NCBI GenBank assembly: GCA_048938005.1
Contig: JBHLMQ010000002.1
Location: 96,001 to 160,000, forward strand
Origin: Promethearchaeota archaeon
Lineage (GTDB): Archaea > Asgardarchaeota > Lokiarchaeia > Sigyniarchaeales > SOKP01
Length of the DNA stretch: 64,000 nt
Reading direction: 5' to 3'
Shown here: positions 61,149-64,000 of the stretch, piece by piece
Position numbering within the stretch: the first letter of the stretch is position 1
How the letters are laid out: each line of letters starts with the position of its first letter
Made by a program: the position numbers and the translations under genes
Notes under the pieces: generated by a model
What the model was told of the DNA's origin: nothing
What the model saw: only the letters and a program-made list of their open reading frames with translations
Database searches by the model: none

Positions 61149-61529
61149 TTAAAAAAATTCAAGGTAAACATTTAAATCTTTTCTTAAGGCAATAGGATCT
61201 GAATTAGATAATATTATGGATATGGTGAGCATTTGACGCGAATTTTAAAAGTAAAAAAAAGAAAATTTGAATAATTATACAAGGATATCCCTTTTATGGA
61301 AGATTAGTATTGAAGCCAAAGCTAATATAATTATATAACTTGAGAGAACAACGATTTTTATAGGAATTGCTTCCCAATTACTATTAACAAGGAGATTTGA
61401 AACGTCAGAATAGTAAAAAATACTAATATATTTAATTCTTTCCATATTTTCTCCAAAACTTTACCAGAATTGACCAACAGCATAAAAAAAGATAATTAGG
61501 CCAAACTTAAAGCAAGAGATTTCTTAGTA

Positions 61530-61774
61530 TTATGTAATTATTTTAAAACTTAATATATATCTTTTTACGTTTTATTTCATAAAACTATTTTTAAAAAAGA
61601 ATAGAATTAAAGGAAGGATTTATAGTGAAAGAAGGTGGAATTTTAAAAGGAGCTCCACGGCAAGAGAAAAATTGGAATAAAATCAAATTTGGCGAACCAT
61701 TTAGGAAAGCACTTGATAAATTTAGAGAAGATGTTCAGAATCGAAGTGATTTTGATCCCACATCATTACTTCAA
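61530..61774 (+). repeat. Diverged direct repeat, copy 2
   Basis: Aligns to 59966-60210. Confidence 0.9.
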
Positions 61775-62308
61775 TTTGGATTATTTATGTCTATGGCCGT
61801 GATTAATATCTTAAAAGAGAATGAGGCTAGATTTGGAGTTGAAGGTCAAAAAGCCGTAAATGACGCATTAGTAAAGACAGGATATGATGTAGGAAAACAA
61901 ATAGCTGAAAATGTTAAAGTTCCCTCAGAGGTTTCAGATATAGAACTAATGAGTTTCTTAGCAACTATTATTAACACACAAGCATGGACATCCATCGAAG
62001 ATCCTATAGTCGAAAATAAAGATAAGTGTTCATTTGATATTCTTTGGTGTCCACTCCAAGATGTTTATTCTGCATTTGATTGCCGTGTACAACGATATTT
62101 AGTCCAAGGAATTATTAATTATTTCAGAGAGCATTTAATAGAATCAGATTTTCAAATAGAATTTAAATCAACAATTCCAGCTGGAGCTGATCATTGTCGA
62201 TTTGTTATAGAACGGAAAAAACCAGGAGAACAAGATAAATGGGAGACATATTCAAGAGTATTAGAACGTACAGCACTGAAAAGGCTTAAAGGAAGAGAGA
62301 AGAAATAA
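61625..62308 (+). CDS. V4R / ATC-hydrolase-like ligand-binding protein
   Basis: RFGVEG..GY..G, WCPL..C, STIPAGADHCRF. Confidence 0.7.
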   Translation: MKEGGILKGAPRQEKNWNKIKFGEPFRKALDKFREDVQNRSDFDPTSLLQFGLFMSMAVINILKENEARFGVEGQKAVNDALVKTGYDVGKQIAENVKVPSEVSDIELMSFLATIINTQAWTSIEDPIVENKDKCSFDILWCPLQDVYSAFDCRVQRYLVQGIINYFREHLIESDFQIEFKSTIPAGADHCRFVIERKKPGEQDKWETYSRVLERTALKRLKGREKK

Positions 62309-62331
62309 AAATTTTATAATATATTCTTTTT

Positions 62332-62688
62332 CTATTCTATTTCAAAATCCTCGATTATAGAGATTTTTTTTTCAGTATCAATCGTTATTGCGATAAGTTT
62401 TATTTCTTCTTCATCTTTAGTTTCAGGATCCATCATTACAAAATAAAACGTATTACCTTCAGTATCGTATCCAACTTCCATCTCTCCACAGTCATCAGAT
62501 AGGATCTTTTTAATATTTGCTGGCGCATTCTCTTTTAAGATCTCATAAATGGCATCTTCAATTTTCTTCTGATCTTTTCGGATTTTTTTAATATTCGCGA
62601 AATCAAATTGCCCCATTAACTCTTGGGCTTTAGTATTTAACTCATTCCATTCTTGGAACATTTTATTTAATTCAGGAGTTGAAGACAT
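62332..62688 (-). CDS. Hypothetical acidic protein
   Basis: 118-aa ATG ORF. Confidence 0.65.
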   Translation of the reverse strand: MSSTPELNKMFQEWNELNTKAQELMGQFDFANIKKIRKDQKKIEDAIYEILKENAPANIKKILSDDCGEMEVGYDTEGNTFYFVMMDPETKDEEEIKLIAITIDTEKKISIIEDFEIE

Positions 62689-62794
62689 AGATAATCATTA
62701 TTATTATTTAAAATAAAATTTCTTATTATCGCAGAAATAATATTATTCAATTAACCTCTATTATATTAAATAATCTTAAAAGCAAGGTGAAATA

Positions 62795-63370
62795 ATGGAC
62801 ATCCAACTTCCAAAACCAATATTAAAAGGGATTAAAAGTCTTGAAGAATGTATTTATCAGCGTGAAAGTGTGAGAAGTTATAAGGATGATATCGTAGAGA
62901 TTGAAAAAATTTCACAGATATTATGGGCAACTCAAGGGAAAAAAGGTGAAAAAAGAACTGTTCCGTCTGCGGGAGCAACTTATCCATTGGAAATTTATGT
63001 AACCCTTAAGGATAAAGGTTTTTTTAATTATAATGTTAAGAAACATGCATTAGAATTAATTACTGAAGAAGATTTGAGCAATAAACTTGCTAGAGCCTCC
63101 TTGGATCAATATTTTATTGCTGAAGCATATATAAATATAATAATCTGCGCAATTTTTTCAAGAACTACTTGGAGATATGGACAAAGAGGTCTTAGATATG
63201 TATTCATTGAAGTGGGCCATTGTGCACAAAATGTTCATTTAGAAGCAGTTGCTTTAGGTTTAGCATCAGTACCAATTGGTGCTTTTGAAGATGACCAAGT
63301 AAAAGAAGTTCTTAAACTTCCTAAAAAAATTGAACCACTTTATATTATACCTATAGGGTATGGTAAATAA
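62795..63370 (+). CDS. SagB/ThcOx-family nitroreductase
   Basis: RESVRSY, RTVPSAGATYPLE, EVGHCAQN, IGAF. Confidence 0.9.
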   Translation: MDIQLPKPILKGIKSLEECIYQRESVRSYKDDIVEIEKISQILWATQGKKGEKRTVPSAGATYPLEIYVTLKDKGFFNYNVKKHALELITEEDLSNKLARASLDQYFIAEAYINIIICAIFSRTTWRYGQRGLRYVFIEVGHCAQNVHLEAVALGLASVPIGAFEDDQVKEVLKLPKKIEPLYIIPIGYGK

Positions 63371-63487
63371 ACTTGAGATTACTTTTACAATAATTTTTAC
63401 AAGAGGGTGATGATATTAAAATAGGAACATTATAAATGGGTGCCCTTTTTAAAAATAAAACAAAAAAAAAAGATTAGAATTTGTGTA

Positions 63488-64000
63488 TTAACTTTTTCTC
63501 TTTCTCCTTATTATAAGTAAAGCGACCAACCCAATAATAGCTACACCTTCTATTATACTTGCTATTAATAGAAACAATGAAAAGTCTAATCCTGGAGTGC
63601 TTACAACATTGCAGTTATTATCAGCAAAAATATTTCCGGTACTTCCAGTCTCATTGATGCAATATGTATTATGTAGTAATGTATTTCCGATAATCATATT
63701 ATTATTACTAGTGTCTATTATTAATCCAATTTCATTGTTATTGGCGGTATTGGAGTCTACAAAATTATCATCGCTATTTAATAAGTAGATACCATAAAGT
63801 TGGTTATTATTTATATAATTTTCGCTAACAGCATTGTTATCACTAGTATCTATGAAGATTCCATGGTTAATATTATCTTTTATTGAATTTTTATACAAAA
63901 TATTATTATCACTATTGCTAAAGATATAGATACCACTTTCCATATTATGATTTAATAAATTATTTCTTAGAAAATTGTGATTGCTTCCAGTACTAACCCT
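63488..64000 (-). CDS. Beta-helix (NosD-like) surface protein, 3' part (runs off window)
   Basis: Frame is open to position 64000; SxNNxxxxN..GI repeats; TPGLD + TM + RRKRK. Confidence 0.82.
   Translation of the reverse strand, partial: RVSTGSNHNFLRNNLLNHNMESGIYIFSNSDNNILYKNSIKDNINHGIFIDTSDNNAVSENYINNNQLYGIYLLNSDDNFVDSNTANNNEIGLIIDTSNNNMIIGNTLLHNTYCINETGSTGNIFADNNCNVVSTPGLDFSLFLLIASIIEGVAIIGLVALLIIRRKRKS

Noticed and set aside
62795-63370. SagB/ThcOx gene as part of a RiPP cluster
   Set aside because: No YcaO, precursor peptide or transporter adjacent; stand-alone copies are common in archaea
2437-63788. Many short ORFs antisense to or nested in confident genes (e.g. 2437, 6397, 10906, 32211, 38654, 39320, 63597)
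   Set aside because: Fully overlap well-supported CDSs and show no motifs
1-64000. CRISPR arrays, tRNA/rRNA genes, IS elements, integrases, stop-codon recoding
   Set aside because: No regularly spaced repeats, GC-rich structured RNA blocks, transposase/integrase motifs or interrupted conserved genes seen by eye; a covariance-model scan would be needed to exclude small RNAs

Overview
AT-rich, gene-dense chromosomal window that reads as Asgard archaeal, most likely Lokiarchaeia. The inference rests on an actin-family gene, a longin-like/small-GTPase fusion, a RING protein, several TFB/cyclin-fold paralogues and surface proteins with PGF/Loki-CTERM-like tails. Most of it is housekeeping and metabolism (tfb, nfo, AOR, topoisomerase IA, purD, acyl-CoA ligase, M32 peptidase, trmJ, gpmA, ABC/MFS/MgtE transporters). 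I saw no rRNA, tRNA, CRISPR array or transposase. The best candidate for an undescribed system is 21.4-23.5 kb: a coiled-coil/proline-rich protein ending in a WH2- or VASP-like helix plus LKKI, directly upstream of a divergent actin-related gene. Also notable are a longin-like GTPase with a degenerate G3 motif inside a cluster of uncharacterised genes, three small proteins sharing an unnamed ~45-aa domain, a Top3beta-like zinc-finger tail, tandem vSET-like methyltransferases, palindromes flanking an RHH regulator, and a diverged 245-bp promoter+5' duplication bracketing an inserted gene. All calls come from reading motifs by eye; no searches were run.
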